From Gammaproteobacteria bacterium (GTDB lineage: Bacteria; Pseudomonadota; Gammaproteobacteria; Steroidobacterales; XN24), in assembly GCA_037383845.1 (NCBI GenBank), contig JARRON010000012.1, positions 752 to 64,751 of the forward strand: a stretch of 64,000 nucleotides of DNA, in the 5' to 3' direction. A model generated the notes under the pieces. The model was not told the origin of the DNA, did no database searches, and saw only the letters and a program-made list of their open reading frames with translations. How positions within the stretch are numbered: position 1 is the stretch's first letter; the number at the start of each line of letters is the position of its first letter. Positions 27,652-36,535 of this stretch are shown here, piece by piece. The translations under genes and the position numbers were made by a program.

Positions 27652-29471
27652 AGCCCGTAGCGGCGCTGGAGGAAATCCCGGAAGTCCCGCACGGTCCGGA
27701 AGGCTTCCCGGAGCAGCTGGGTCTCCCCGGAGGACAGCCGCTCGGTGTGCACGATGTTCGCCGTGCCGGCCGGGATACGGCTCGCGTCCACCTCTTCGAG
27801 CCGTGCCAGCTGCTGGCCCAGGCGGATCTGGTTCAGCACCGTGAAGGCCTCGGAGAGATTCCCGGCCAGCTCCTCGTCGAGGACGGCCGCATCCCGCAGG
27901 CCCTCCAGGCGAAGAAACGTATTAGAGGCTTCCAGGCTGTGCTCCAGGGCCAGGGTCCGGGCGCCGTGGACGATGGGAAAAATGCCGTGGCGCTTCACGT
28001 CGATCTCCCGGCCCCGTCCGCCGGAGTCGTAGAACGGCGGCGGGGCGCCCGCCTCCACCGCCGGCCAGGCCAGGCGGCCGAAGAAGGCCTGGCCCCGGCT
28101 CAGGTGCTCGTACAGGTATTCCCTGAGCGGTTCGAACAGCTCGGCGTTGCCGCCCACGGGGGTGGCGTCGAGGAACGCGGACAGGCTGTAAATGGCGTCC
28201 TCGTCCCGGGGCGAGGCCCAGGCTTCCAGGCGCTGCTGCCACTGTTCCGCGGACAGGCGCCACTCCGGGTTGCTCACCAGGATCCCGCGCTCGGACGGGG
28301 GATAACCCAGCGCCTGCATGCGCAGGGTGAAAGACTCCAGGGCGGGGCCGCAATCGGGCCAGCTGTTCTCGCCCGCCAGGATGAGGGCGTGATTCTGGTC
28401 CGTGCGCATGACCTGCTCGCCCCGTCCCTCGCTCCCCAGCACCAGCAGGCAGCTTTCCTCGGCCACGCCGGCAGGCGTCGTCAGATGGAAGTGACGGCCG
28501 ATGATGCGCCGGTGGAGGACGGCGAGAAGGTCCATGATGAAGCGGATGCCCACCCGCTGGGCGAACAGGGAACGCGCCAGGTCCGGGATGGCCGCCGAGG
28601 CTTTTCGAAGGCTTTCGAAGCTGTCGGCCTGGGCAACCCGGAGCGCGATGACGTGACTGTGGCTGGAAAGAAAGCCCAGGATGTCGGCCAGCTCCACCAG
28701 GCCCGCGGGACGTCCCTCGTCCATCACCACCAGGCGCTCGATCCCGGCGCCGGTCATGCGGATCAGGGCGTCAAAGAGGAAGTCTCCCTCGTTGACAGTG
28801 ACCAGGTTCCAGCTGGCGACGTCGCCCACCGGAGCATCGAGGCCGTGGTGCTGTAGCGCGAGCGCTTCCAGCAAATCGGTCCGGGTGACGATGCCCCAGT
28901 CTCCCTCCCCCCGGCGCACCAGCAGGCTGTCCACCCGGCTGACGCGCATCTGCTCCACGGCGTCCCGCAGGTCCGTTGAATCGGGGATGACCACGGCGGA
29001 GCGCATGCACTCATCGTTCACCCGGGCCATGTTGAAGCTGACCAGGTCGCGATAGGCGCCGCTCTGGGCCACCAGCTTGGTCTTGGTGGCCAGGTCCCGG
29101 TAGAAGAATCCGCCGAACTCGGCGTTCTCGTTTACCAGGTCCAGGAAGGTCTTACGGGGTGCCAGGTGACAGAGAGTGTCCTCCATGGCGACGTAGCGGT
29201 GGCGCGCCCGGCCGCGCAGCAGGGCGAGGAAGCCGAACAGCTCCCCGGCCCGGTACCGGGCGACGGCGGAATCCCCGTCGCTGCCCGCCGGATCGGATTC
29301 CTCCACAAGACCCTTGTCCACCACGTACAGCGAACTGGTCTCGCTGCCCGGCTCGATGATGACCTCGCCGGAGGGGAAGAACTGGATGTCCATGGCCGAC
29401 AGGAGGCGCTCCCGTTCCTCCGCGCTCAGCAGGGAAAAAGGCGGCTGGCCCGTGTCGAAATCCGCGTACAT
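27648..29471 (-). CDS. cNMP-binding-like + tandem CBS + DUF294 nucleotidyltransferase protein (paralog 2)
   Basis: 607 aa. cNMP-like region: FPSGEVIIEPGSETSSLYVVDKGLVEE, ELFGFLALL. CBS pair: SAVVIPDSTDLRDAVEQMRVSRVDSLLV; WNLVTVNEGDFLFDALIRMTGAGIERLVV. NTase core: CLLVLGSEGRGEQVMRTDQNHALI. Tail: HGIFPIVHGARTLAL. Confidence 0.85.
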   Translation of the reverse strand: MYADFDTGQPPFSLLSAEERERLLSAMDIQFFPSGEVIIEPGSETSSLYVVDKGLVEESDPAGSDGDSAVARYRAGELFGFLALLRGRARHRYVAMEDTLCHLAPRKTFLDLVNENAEFGGFFYRDLATKTKLVAQSGAYRDLVSFNMARVNDECMRSAVVIPDSTDLRDAVEQMRVSRVDSLLVRRGEGDWGIVTRTDLLEALALQHHGLDAPVGDVASWNLVTVNEGDFLFDALIRMTGAGIERLVVMDEGRPAGLVELADILGFLSSHSHVIALRVAQADSFESLRKASAAIPDLARSLFAQRVGIRFIMDLLAVLHRRIIGRHFHLTTPAGVAEESCLLVLGSEGRGEQVMRTDQNHALILAGENSWPDCGPALESFTLRMQALGYPPSERGILVSNPEWRLSAEQWQQRLEAWASPRDEDAIYSLSAFLDATPVGGNAELFEPLREYLYEHLSRGQAFFGRLAWPAVEAGAPPPFYDSGGRGREIDVKRHGIFPIVHGARTLALEHSLEASNTFLRLEGLRDAAVLDEELAGNLSEAFTVLNQIRLGQQLARLEEVDASRIPAGTANIVHTERLSSGETQLLREAFRTVRDFRDFLQRRYGL

Positions 29472-29502
29472 CCGGTTGTTCCGCCGCGACGGCCGCGGCC
29501 GA

Positions 29503-30228
29503 TCAGTACATGTGCTGGCCGCCGTTGATGGAGATGGTCGAGCCGGTCATGAAATCGGCGCGGTCGGAGACGAGGAACATCACTGCCCGCACGATGTCCG
29601 AAGGCTCACCCAGGCGACCCACCGGGATGCTCTGGATGATCTTCTCCAGGACCTTCTCCGGCACCGCCTGCACCATTTCGGTGTTGACGTAGCCGGGCGC
29701 CACGGCGTTTACGGTGATGTTGCACTTCGCGCCTTCCAGCGCCAGCGCCTTGGTGAAGCCGTGCATCCCGGACTTGGCGGCCGCGTAGTTCACCTGGCCG
29801 TATTGTCCGGCCTGGCCGTTCACCGAGCCGATGTTGACGATGCGCCCGAACTTGCGTTCCCGCATGCCCTCGATGACGTGGCGGCACATGTTGAAGCAGC
29901 TGGTGAGATTGGTGCGGATGACGTCGTCCCACTGCTGGGGAGTCATCCGGTGCAGGGTACCGTCCCGGGTGATGCCGGCGTTGTTGACGAGCACATCCAC
30001 CGGCCCCAGGGCTTCCCCGATTTCTTCGACGCCTTTCTGGCTGGCCTCGAAATCGCCGACGTCGAAGCGGAACGTCCGGATGCCGGTGCGTTCCTCGAAG
30101 GCCTTGGCCTTGTCGACGCTGCCGAAGAAGTTGGCGGCCACCTTGTAGCCGGCTTCTTTGAGCGCTTCGGAGATGGCTCCGCCTATGCCCCGGGTCCCCC
30201 CCGTGACGATTGCTACCCGTCCAGTCAT
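29503..30228 (-). CDS. phaB: acetoacetyl-CoA reductase
   Basis: 241 aa canonical PhaB. Motifs: VAIVTGGTRGIGGAI, NNAGITRDG, GSVNGQAGQYGQVNYAAAKSG, VNAVAPGYV, INGGQHMY. Confidence 0.92.
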   Translation of the reverse strand: MTGRVAIVTGGTRGIGGAISEALKEAGYKVAANFFGSVDKAKAFEERTGIRTFRFDVGDFEASQKGVEEIGEALGPVDVLVNNAGITRDGTLHRMTPQQWDDVIRTNLTSCFNMCRHVIEGMRERKFGRIVNIGSVNGQAGQYGQVNYAAAKSGMHGFTKALALEGAKCNITVNAVAPGYVNTEMVQAVPEKVLEKIIQSIPVGRLGEPSDIVRAVMFLVSDRADFMTGSTISINGGQHMY

Positions 30229-30455
30229 CGCTTGATTCTCCCTGCGTTCACACCGATATGCCGGCGAACCCGGGTCCGCCGGGTGGCCTCCAACTATGGA
30301 CGCCGCTACATACCTTTACTACCCGGCGAACGTCTAAAATTCATGCTGCACCGCAGCCAGTCGAGGAGGCCGGTGTTGCTGCATCGCGGCGGCTTGCCTA
30401 ACCTGTCGCGCCAACCTGTTCTTTTCGCGGCATCCCGCCCAGGAGCTCTATCCGC

Positions 30456-31433
30456 ATGACCGATGGTCCCGTAACTGCCTTTGCCCGCCGCCACTTCCGG
30501 CATTTCAACAGCGCTGCACTTATGGATGCGGCGGACGGCTACAGCCGGCACCTGGACGACGGGGGCATCATGTTCATGACCCTGGCCGGCGCCATGAGCA
30601 CCGCCGAGCTGGGCCGGTCTCTCGCCGAGATGATTCGACGGGACAAGGTACACGCCATTTGCTGCACGGGGGCCAACCTGGAGGAGGATGTCTTCAACCT
30701 CGTGGCGCATGATCACTACGAGCGAATTCCACACTACCGGGACCTCACCGCCGCCGACGAGGAAGCGCTGCTGGCACGGCACCTGAACCGGGTGACGGAC
30801 ACCTGTATTCCCGAAGAGGAGGCCATCCGCCGCATCGAGAGGGTCGTCATCGACGAATGGACGCGGGCGGATCAGTCCGGGGAACGTTATTTCCCCCACG
30901 AGTTCCTCTACCGGATCCTGCGGGAGGGCCGGCTGGAGGAGCATTACCAGATCGATCCGGCCGACAGCTGGCTGTTGGCGGCGGCCCGGAAGAACCTCCC
31001 GCTGGTCGTGCCGGGATGGGAGGACAGCACCCTGGGCAACGTCTACGCCGCGCATTGCATCAGCGGCGACATCGCCAATGTTGGCACCATCAGAAGCGGC
31101 ATCGAGTACATGATCACGCTGGCAGACTGGTACAAGACGGAGGCGCGACAACACTCCATCGGTTTCTTTCAGATCGGCGGCGGCATCGCCGGCGACTTCC
31201 CCATCTGCGTCGTGCCCATGCTCGAGCAGGACCTGCGGATCGAGGACATTCCCCGCTGGGGCTATTTCTGCCAGATCAGCGATTCGACCACGAGCTACGG
31301 CTCCTATTCGGGTGCGGTGCCCAACGAGAAAATCACCTGGGGCAAGCTGTCCGCGGAGACCCCGAAGTTCATCATCGAATCGGACGCGACCATCGTGGCG
31401 CCCCTGATCTTCGCCCGCCTGCTGGGCTGGTAA
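30456..31433 (+). CDS. deoxyhypusine synthase-like family protein
   Basis: 325 aa. Motifs: FMTLAGAMSTAELG, AICCTGANLEEDVFN, GWEDSTLGN, FQIGGGIAGDFPI, SDSTTSYGSYSGA, all typical of the DHS fold. Confidence 0.8.
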   Translation: MTDGPVTAFARRHFRHFNSAALMDAADGYSRHLDDGGIMFMTLAGAMSTAELGRSLAEMIRRDKVHAICCTGANLEEDVFNLVAHDHYERIPHYRDLTAADEEALLARHLNRVTDTCIPEEEAIRRIERVVIDEWTRADQSGERYFPHEFLYRILREGRLEEHYQIDPADSWLLAAARKNLPLVVPGWEDSTLGNVYAAHCISGDIANVGTIRSGIEYMITLADWYKTEARQHSIGFFQIGGGIAGDFPICVVPMLEQDLRIEDIPRWGYFCQISDSTTSYGSYSGAVPNEKITWGKLSAETPKFIIESDATIVAPLIFARLLGW

Positions 31434-31440
31434 AACGGCG

Positions 31441-31830
31441 GTGGGTCTGCCGACCTCGATGGGGCTGGTGGCCCTGGGCGGCGCGGCCGGCGCCGTGCTG
31501 CGGTACCTGGCCACGCTTGCCTTCGCCGGGACGGGCATGGTGCTGCCGTGGGGCACGCTGGTGGCCAACCTGGGCGGATGTTTCGTCATCGGCGTCATCA
31601 CAGAACTGGTGGCCCGTGGGATGGTGGTCTCGCCGGAGGCCCGCCTCCTCCTGGCCACCGGCCTCTGCGGCGGCTTCACGACCATGTCATCCTTCATCTA
31701 CGAACTGGCCGGTTTCTACCGGGGCGGCGCCTGGGCGATGGCGGGCAGCTACCTGGTGGCCACCCTGGCGGGATCCGCCGCCTGCTTCATACTGGGCGTG
31801 GTAACCGTCCACTGGATCTGGAGGGCCTGA
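31441..31830 (+). CDS. crcB: fluoride ion channel CrcB/FluC
   Basis: 129 aa, GTG start 7 nt after the DHS-like stop. Motifs: GGAAGAVLRY, PWGTLVANLGGCFVIG, GLCGGFTTMSSF. Confidence 0.9.
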   Translation: MGLPTSMGLVALGGAAGAVLRYLATLAFAGTGMVLPWGTLVANLGGCFVIGVITELVARGMVVSPEARLLLATGLCGGFTTMSSFIYELAGFYRGGAWAMAGSYLVATLAGSAACFILGVVTVHWIWRA

Positions 31831-31834
31831 GGCC

Positions 31835-32188
31835 ATGGACATCAAGGGCAGAGCCCGCCGGCTGACGATTTTTCTCGGCGAGTCCGACAAGCTGCACCAT
31901 CGTCCCCTGCCGGAAGTCATCGTCCAGGAAGCCAGGGCCGCCGGCCTGGCCGGCGCCACGGCCTGGCGCGGGCAGATGGGCTTCGGCCGCACCGCCCGCA
32001 TGCGAAGTGCCGCCGTGCTCGACCTGTCCACCGACCTGCCGATGATCATCGAGGTGGTGGACACGCCCGAGAAGATCGGCCCTTTCCTCGACAAGCTCGA
32101 ATCGCTTTTCGAGGAGGCGGGCTCGGGTGGACTGGTCACCGTGGAGGACGTCGAAGTCCATCGCTACACGGGGCACTCCGACCGCTGA
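31835..32188 (+). CDS. DUF190 domain protein (common crcB neighbour)
   Basis: 117 aa; ATG 4 nt after the crcB stop. Motifs: LTIFLGESDKLHHRPL, GLAGATAWRGQMGFG, LPMIIEVVD. Confidence 0.8.
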   Translation: MDIKGRARRLTIFLGESDKLHHRPLPEVIVQEARAAGLAGATAWRGQMGFGRTARMRSAAVLDLSTDLPMIIEVVDTPEKIGPFLDKLESLFEEAGSGGLVTVEDVEVHRYTGHSDR

Positions 32189-32344
32189 TCCGCGCAGGGC
32201 CGGCCACCGCCGGGCACGGCGCGAAGGGCATCTTCCCGGGCAACTCGCAATGCCGGCGTCGCACATCCGGCCCGGGACGCGCGCCGGGTTCTTTGCGACA
32301 GACACGGTCCGCCGCCGGTCGCCGGGCGTGGCTGGCCAGCCGCC

Positions 32345-33436
32345 CTAGCGGCTCGCGCCGATGATGCCGCCTTCCCGGCCGGCGATGCTGGCCTGGATCC
32401 CGGCAATGGTGGACAGGGCAATGGGGCCGGGACCCTCGCCGCCGATGTCGAGACCCACCGGCCCGTGGAGCCGGTTCTCCAGCTGCTCCCTGGCGGCGGC
32501 AGAGACGTCGCCCAGCAGGCGGGCGCGGCGTCGGGCCGGACCCAGAACGCCGAGCCATTCCGGGTTCACGCGGGCGAGGGCCTCCAGCCATCGGGTGTCA
32601 GCAGCCAGGTTATGGGTCATGACCAGTGCGGCATCCGGCGGATCCGTGGCCAGCGTGCCGACCGCGTCCCTGGGCTCCAGGCAGATCACGTTGCAACCGG
32701 CGGGGAACCGGTCCGGCCTGGCCCAGCCTTCCCGGTGATCCGCGATGGTCACGTCCCAGCCCAGCTCCGACGCCATCTGCGCCATGGGTATCGCGTCGGG
32801 GCCGGCGCCGGCGATGAGCAGGTGCACCGGTGGCGGGAGGGGATCCACGAAGACCCCGACATCCCCGTCAGCGACTGCCACGGTCTCCATGCCCCGGGGC
32901 GCCTTGTCCCGCAATCGGGCCAGGGCGATCTCCGACAGCGCCTGGGCCGCGGTCTCGCCGGTGCTGGACACGATGCCTTCACCGGCGGCGACGACCGCCT
33001 CCCCCGCCACCAGGCTGGTTTTCCCGGGCTGAACCACCGTCACCACCAGCCCCGTCTGGCGCTTCCGGGCGAGGGCGAGGGCGCCGGCGAGGGGCTGGTA
33101 GCCGTTTTCCGGTGTCAGCCGCTGCAGCAGGATGCGAATCTTTCCCTCGCAGCCGGCGCCGAGGCCCCAGAGGGCGTCGCTTTCCCCGCGGAGGTCATAC
33201 TCCACGATCTGGGCGGGCCCGGCCAGCGCGGCCCGGGCCCGGTCCACCAGGTCTCCCTCGAAGCAGCCGCCGCCCAGCAGGCCCCACCAGTCGCCGTCCG
33301 GAGACATGAGCATGCGGGCGCCGGCCTTGCGATAGCTGGAGCCTTCCGTGGACACCAGGGTGGCCAGGACGAGGGTGCGCCGCTGGTGGCGGGCCGCCTC
33401 CAGCGGGGCGCGCAGGACTTTCAGGTCGGCGGACAC
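32345..33436 (-). CDS. XdhC/CoxI family molybdoenzyme maturation accessory protein
   Basis: 363 aa. N-terminal XdhC_CoxI pattern: LATLVSTEGSSYRKAGARMLMSPDG...GGGCFEGDL. C-terminal Rossmann-like half: LLIAGAGPDAIPMAQMA..LGWDVTIAD. Confidence 0.8.
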   Translation of the reverse strand: MSADLKVLRAPLEAARHQRRTLVLATLVSTEGSSYRKAGARMLMSPDGDWWGLLGGGCFEGDLVDRARAALAGPAQIVEYDLRGESDALWGLGAGCEGKIRILLQRLTPENGYQPLAGALALARKRQTGLVVTVVQPGKTSLVAGEAVVAAGEGIVSSTGETAAQALSEIALARLRDKAPRGMETVAVADGDVGVFVDPLPPPVHLLIAGAGPDAIPMAQMASELGWDVTIADHREGWARPDRFPAGCNVICLEPRDAVGTLATDPPDAALVMTHNLAADTRWLEALARVNPEWLGVLGPARRRARLLGDVSAAAREQLENRLHGPVGLDIGGEGPGPIALSTIAGIQASIAGREGGIIGASR

Positions 33437-33497
33437 GCCCTAAGGGTAGAACGAAATCCCGCCCCTCTGCAGCCCGTTGTCCGGGAGGCGGCGGAGG

Positions 33498-34685
33498 TCA
33501 GGCCCAGGCCCGCTCCAGGACGGCCAGGGCCTCTTCGGGACTCACTTCCACCGGGTTAAAGATGATGGCGCCGTCGTTGACCGCCATGTCGGCGATCTTC
33601 GGCAGCTGATCTTTCTGCACTTTGCCGGTTTCCGACAGCGTCCTGGGGAGACCGCACCGGCTGTGGATTTCGTCCCGCAGCCAGCGCAGGTGGGCGATGG
33701 CCTTCCCGGCCCTGTCCTCCGGCTCCGTCGCCGCGTAGACCTCGGCGCCTGCCAGCGGCAGGAGCAGCTCGCCGATGGCTTCCCGGCGGGCTTCGAGGTT
33801 GTATTCCAGCACGTAAGGCAGGAACAGGCTCATGCAGGTGCCGTGGTGCAGGTGGCACAGCGCCCCGGTGGCATGGCCCAGGGCATGCACGAGACCCACC
33901 ATGGAATTGGAAAATGCTATGCCGGCCATGGCGGCGGCCTGGGCGAGGGCAAGCCGGCCCCCGGCATGATCCGGGTTGTCCAGCACCCTGAGCAGGTTCC
34001 CGGAAATGTCCCGCACCGCCGCCGACGCGTAGGCATCGCTCATGGGATTCTTGCCGATGCAGGTGAAGGACTCGCAGGCGTGGGTCATGGCGTCCATGGC
34101 CGTGGCCGCGGTGATCTGCGGCGGCAGGGTCAGCGTCAGGCGCGGGTCAAGCACCGCGGCGTCCGGCATCAGGAACGGCGACGCGAAAGGCATCTTCACG
34201 CCCCGGGCCTCGTCCTTCACCACGGACACGAACGTCACCTCCGAGCCGGTGCCGGCGGTGGTGGGCAGCACGATCAGCGGTTTCAGCGGCCGGGGGAGGT
34301 TGCCGGAGCCGGCGAAACGCGCCAGGTCGTCGGAGCCCTCCGAGGCCAGGATGTTCGCGGCTTTTGCCGAATCGATGGGGGAGCCGCCGCCCAGGGCGAT
34401 CATGGAGTCGCAGCCCGTTTCCGCGTACCGCCGGGCGATGCTCTTCACCACGGCCACTGAGGAATCCGGCGGCACGTCGTCGAAGACGTTGGCCACTTCG
34501 ATGCCCGTGCCGGGAAATACCTCCAACAGCACGTCCAGCAGGCCTGCCCCGCGAACGCCGGCGTCTGTGATGATCATCGGCCGGGAGGCGCCCAGGGCGC
34601 CCAGCTCGAAGGGGATGTGCTCAAGGGCCTTGCTCCCGACGATGAGCTTCACGGGGCAGAAAAACTCGTAGTAGGTGTCGCTCAC
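33498..34685 (-). CDS. iron-containing (group III) alcohol dehydrogenase
   Basis: 395 aa. Motifs: ALGGGSPIDSAKA, PTTAGTGSEVT, AMDAMTHACE, GLVHALGHATGALCHLHHG. Confidence 0.9.
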   Translation of the reverse strand: MSDTYYEFFCPVKLIVGSKALEHIPFELGALGASRPMIITDAGVRGAGLLDVLLEVFPGTGIEVANVFDDVPPDSSVAVVKSIARRYAETGCDSMIALGGGSPIDSAKAANILASEGSDDLARFAGSGNLPRPLKPLIVLPTTAGTGSEVTFVSVVKDEARGVKMPFASPFLMPDAAVLDPRLTLTLPPQITAATAMDAMTHACESFTCIGKNPMSDAYASAAVRDISGNLLRVLDNPDHAGGRLALAQAAAMAGIAFSNSMVGLVHALGHATGALCHLHHGTCMSLFLPYVLEYNLEARREAIGELLLPLAGAEVYAATEPEDRAGKAIAHLRWLRDEIHSRCGLPRTLSETGKVQKDQLPKIADMAVNDGAIIFNPVEVSPEEALAVLERAWA

Positions 34686-34686
34686 C

Positions 34687-35211
34687 TCAACTCCTCGTCA
34701 CCAGGTCGGCGGCCATCCGGCCGTAGATGCGCAGGTTCATGGCCAGTTTCTTCCCCAGCGAAAGATCCGCCGGGTAGCGTTTCATGCCCCGCCGGGCAAT
34801 GAATTTCGGCAGCAGCAGGGCCTCCAGCCGGTACAGGCAGCGCACCAGGCGGATCCCGGCGCCGATGTCGCCGTCCACCACCATGCGCGCCCTTGCGAAG
34901 GCGGTAGGCGTGCTCTCGGAAAACGACAGCACGGCGAAGGCCAGGTCCAGGTGCTTGAAGCGCACCGACAGGTCCGGCCGGCGGTCGATACGGCTGCCCC
35001 GGTAGGCCAGCTTGCCGGAGGGCAGGCGCTCCAGCACCATCCCCGGCCCGTCGGGCACCACGGTCATCTCGATGAACATGCCTTCGGCAAAGCCCGCTGC
35101 CTCGGCCCGCAGCACCGGGTCCACCTGGCTCATGGCCCGCAGCCCCCAGCCGACCACGCGCATCATCACGGCGACGTAGAGAGTCTTCAGCTGGCGGGAA
35201 AGGGCGGTCAT
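34687..35211 (-). CDS. hypothetical protein, SCP2/UbiT-like fold suspected
   Basis: ATG at 35211 inside ORF 34687..35295; the stop is 1 nt from the ADH start. The pattern DLSVRFKHLDLAFAVL...ARMVVDGDIGAGIRLVRCLYRLE resembles SCP2 lipid-carrier domains. Functional call is weak. Confidence 0.45.
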   Translation of the reverse strand: MTALSRQLKTLYVAVMMRVVGWGLRAMSQVDPVLRAEAAGFAEGMFIEMTVVPDGPGMVLERLPSGKLAYRGSRIDRRPDLSVRFKHLDLAFAVLSFSESTPTAFARARMVVDGDIGAGIRLVRCLYRLEALLLPKFIARRGMKRYPADLSLGKKLAMNLRIYGRMAADLVTRS

Positions 35212-35336
35212 TGGCGAGGCTTTCGTTTCGGCCGGCTGCAGCGGGAATGCCGCAACGCAACGTAAAGTGTACCGGCACGCCCGCCCCGCCGACACCCCGC
35301 CCGGTCAGCTAGACTCACCCCCCGGAGGTGCATGCT

Positions 35337-35735
35337 ATGGGCGATGCGGAACTGGTCTGCTGGAAATGCGGGGCGTCGGTGTCCGACGAGACCCTGCCCT
35401 TCGCCAGGACAGCGGAGTGCCGGGCGTGCCGGGCGGAGCTGCATGTCTGCAGGATGTGCGAGTTCTACGACACCACCTTCGCCGGCGCCTGCCGGGAGCC
35501 CGTGGCCGAACCCCCCTCCGACAAGGAGCGGGCCAACTTCTGCGGCTATTTCCGGCCCCGGCCCGGCGCCTTTTCCCCCGCCGGCGAGGAAGCCGCCCGG
35601 GCCCGGGCGGAGCTGGACGCCCTGTTCGGCGGGGCCGCTGCTCCCGGCGCGCCGGAGCCCACGGGCCCCGATCCCGATGGCGAGTCCGACGCCAGGCGTC
35701 AGCTGGACCGGCTGTTCGGCGGTTCCGACGGCTGA
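35337..35735 (+). CDS. cysteine-rich zinc-ribbon protein, hypothetical
   Basis: ATG at 35337, 8 nt after GGAGG. Cys pairs CWKC, CRAC, CRMC, plus C..C further on. Pro/Ala-rich C-terminal half carrying a duplicated (E/Q)LD.LFGG motif. Confidence 0.55.
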   Translation: MGDAELVCWKCGASVSDETLPFARTAECRACRAELHVCRMCEFYDTTFAGACREPVAEPPSDKERANFCGYFRPRPGAFSPAGEEAARARAELDALFGGAAAPGAPEPTGPDPDGESDARRQLDRLFGGSDG

Positions 35736-36304
35736 GCGGGCCCCGGCAGGCGCCGGAACCGGAGGTCGCCTGCCAGTTCCGGTCTGCGCCCTGGCTTGTC
35801 CGCATAAAAGGACCTCAGCATGGCGAGGTCCCGCTCCGGCTCGCCGCTGAAGGTCACGTAGGTGTCGATACCGATGGTCTTGGTCCGGTAGTCGAAATAG
35901 CCCAGGCCGCAGGGCACCCCGGCGGCCAGTGCCAGCTGGTAGAAGCCCGACTTGATGTGGTCCGTGTGGGAGCGGGTGCCCTCCGGCGTCAGGGCAAGCC
36001 ACATCCATTCCCTTTGCCGGAATTCTTCGGCCAGGGCGCCGATGATGCCCCCCGCCCGGCTGCGGTCCACAGGGATGCCGCCGATGGCCTTCAGCAGGCC
36101 GCCGAAAGGCCAGCGGAACAGGGTGTGCTTGCCCATCCACTGGATCGGCAGTCCGTACCCAAAGCGGTAGAGAACGCCCCAGACGAAATCCCAGTTGGAC
36201 GTATGGGGATAGGCGACGATCACGCACCTGGGGCCGGGTGGGGGCTCCAGCACCGGCGTCCACCCGCAGACCTTCAGCAGCCACAGGCAGAAACGACCGA
36301 ACAC
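35699..36304 (-). CDS. PlsC-family lysophospholipid acyltransferase
   Basis: 201 aa. HX4D motif (YPHTSNWD), acceptor-pocket motif ALTPEGTRS, hydrophobic N-terminus. Confidence 0.8.
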   Translation of the reverse strand: MFGRFCLWLLKVCGWTPVLEPPPGPRCVIVAYPHTSNWDFVWGVLYRFGYGLPIQWMGKHTLFRWPFGGLLKAIGGIPVDRSRAGGIIGALAEEFRQREWMWLALTPEGTRSHTDHIKSGFYQLALAAGVPCGLGYFDYRTKTIGIDTYVTFSGEPERDLAMLRSFYADKPGRRPELAGDLRFRRLPGPAQPSEPPNSRSS

Positions 36305-36535
36305 CCCGGGGCGCCGGGCGAGGGGGTCTTTGGGCTGCAGCTTGGAAAACCTCGGAAAGCGCCCGGGCAGGACCGACGGGACAGTCTATCCTGTTTTGGG
36401 TGCGCAGGCGGCAGGGGCCGATGCCGGGACCCGTGGAGGATACGCATGCCCAGGGTGCCGGGAATTCGCTAGGGTCAGGACTGCGGAGGGGACACCGTGC
36501 CGCTGCTGCGGCGCCGACGGCCCGAGGAGAATCCG

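Noticed and set aside
30229-31445. Searched for a fluoride (crcB-motif) riboswitch upstream of crcB and of the DHS-like gene.
   Set aside because: I did not see the conserved core by eye. Only 7 nt separate the DHS-like stop from crcB. A covariance-model scan would be needed to be definitive.
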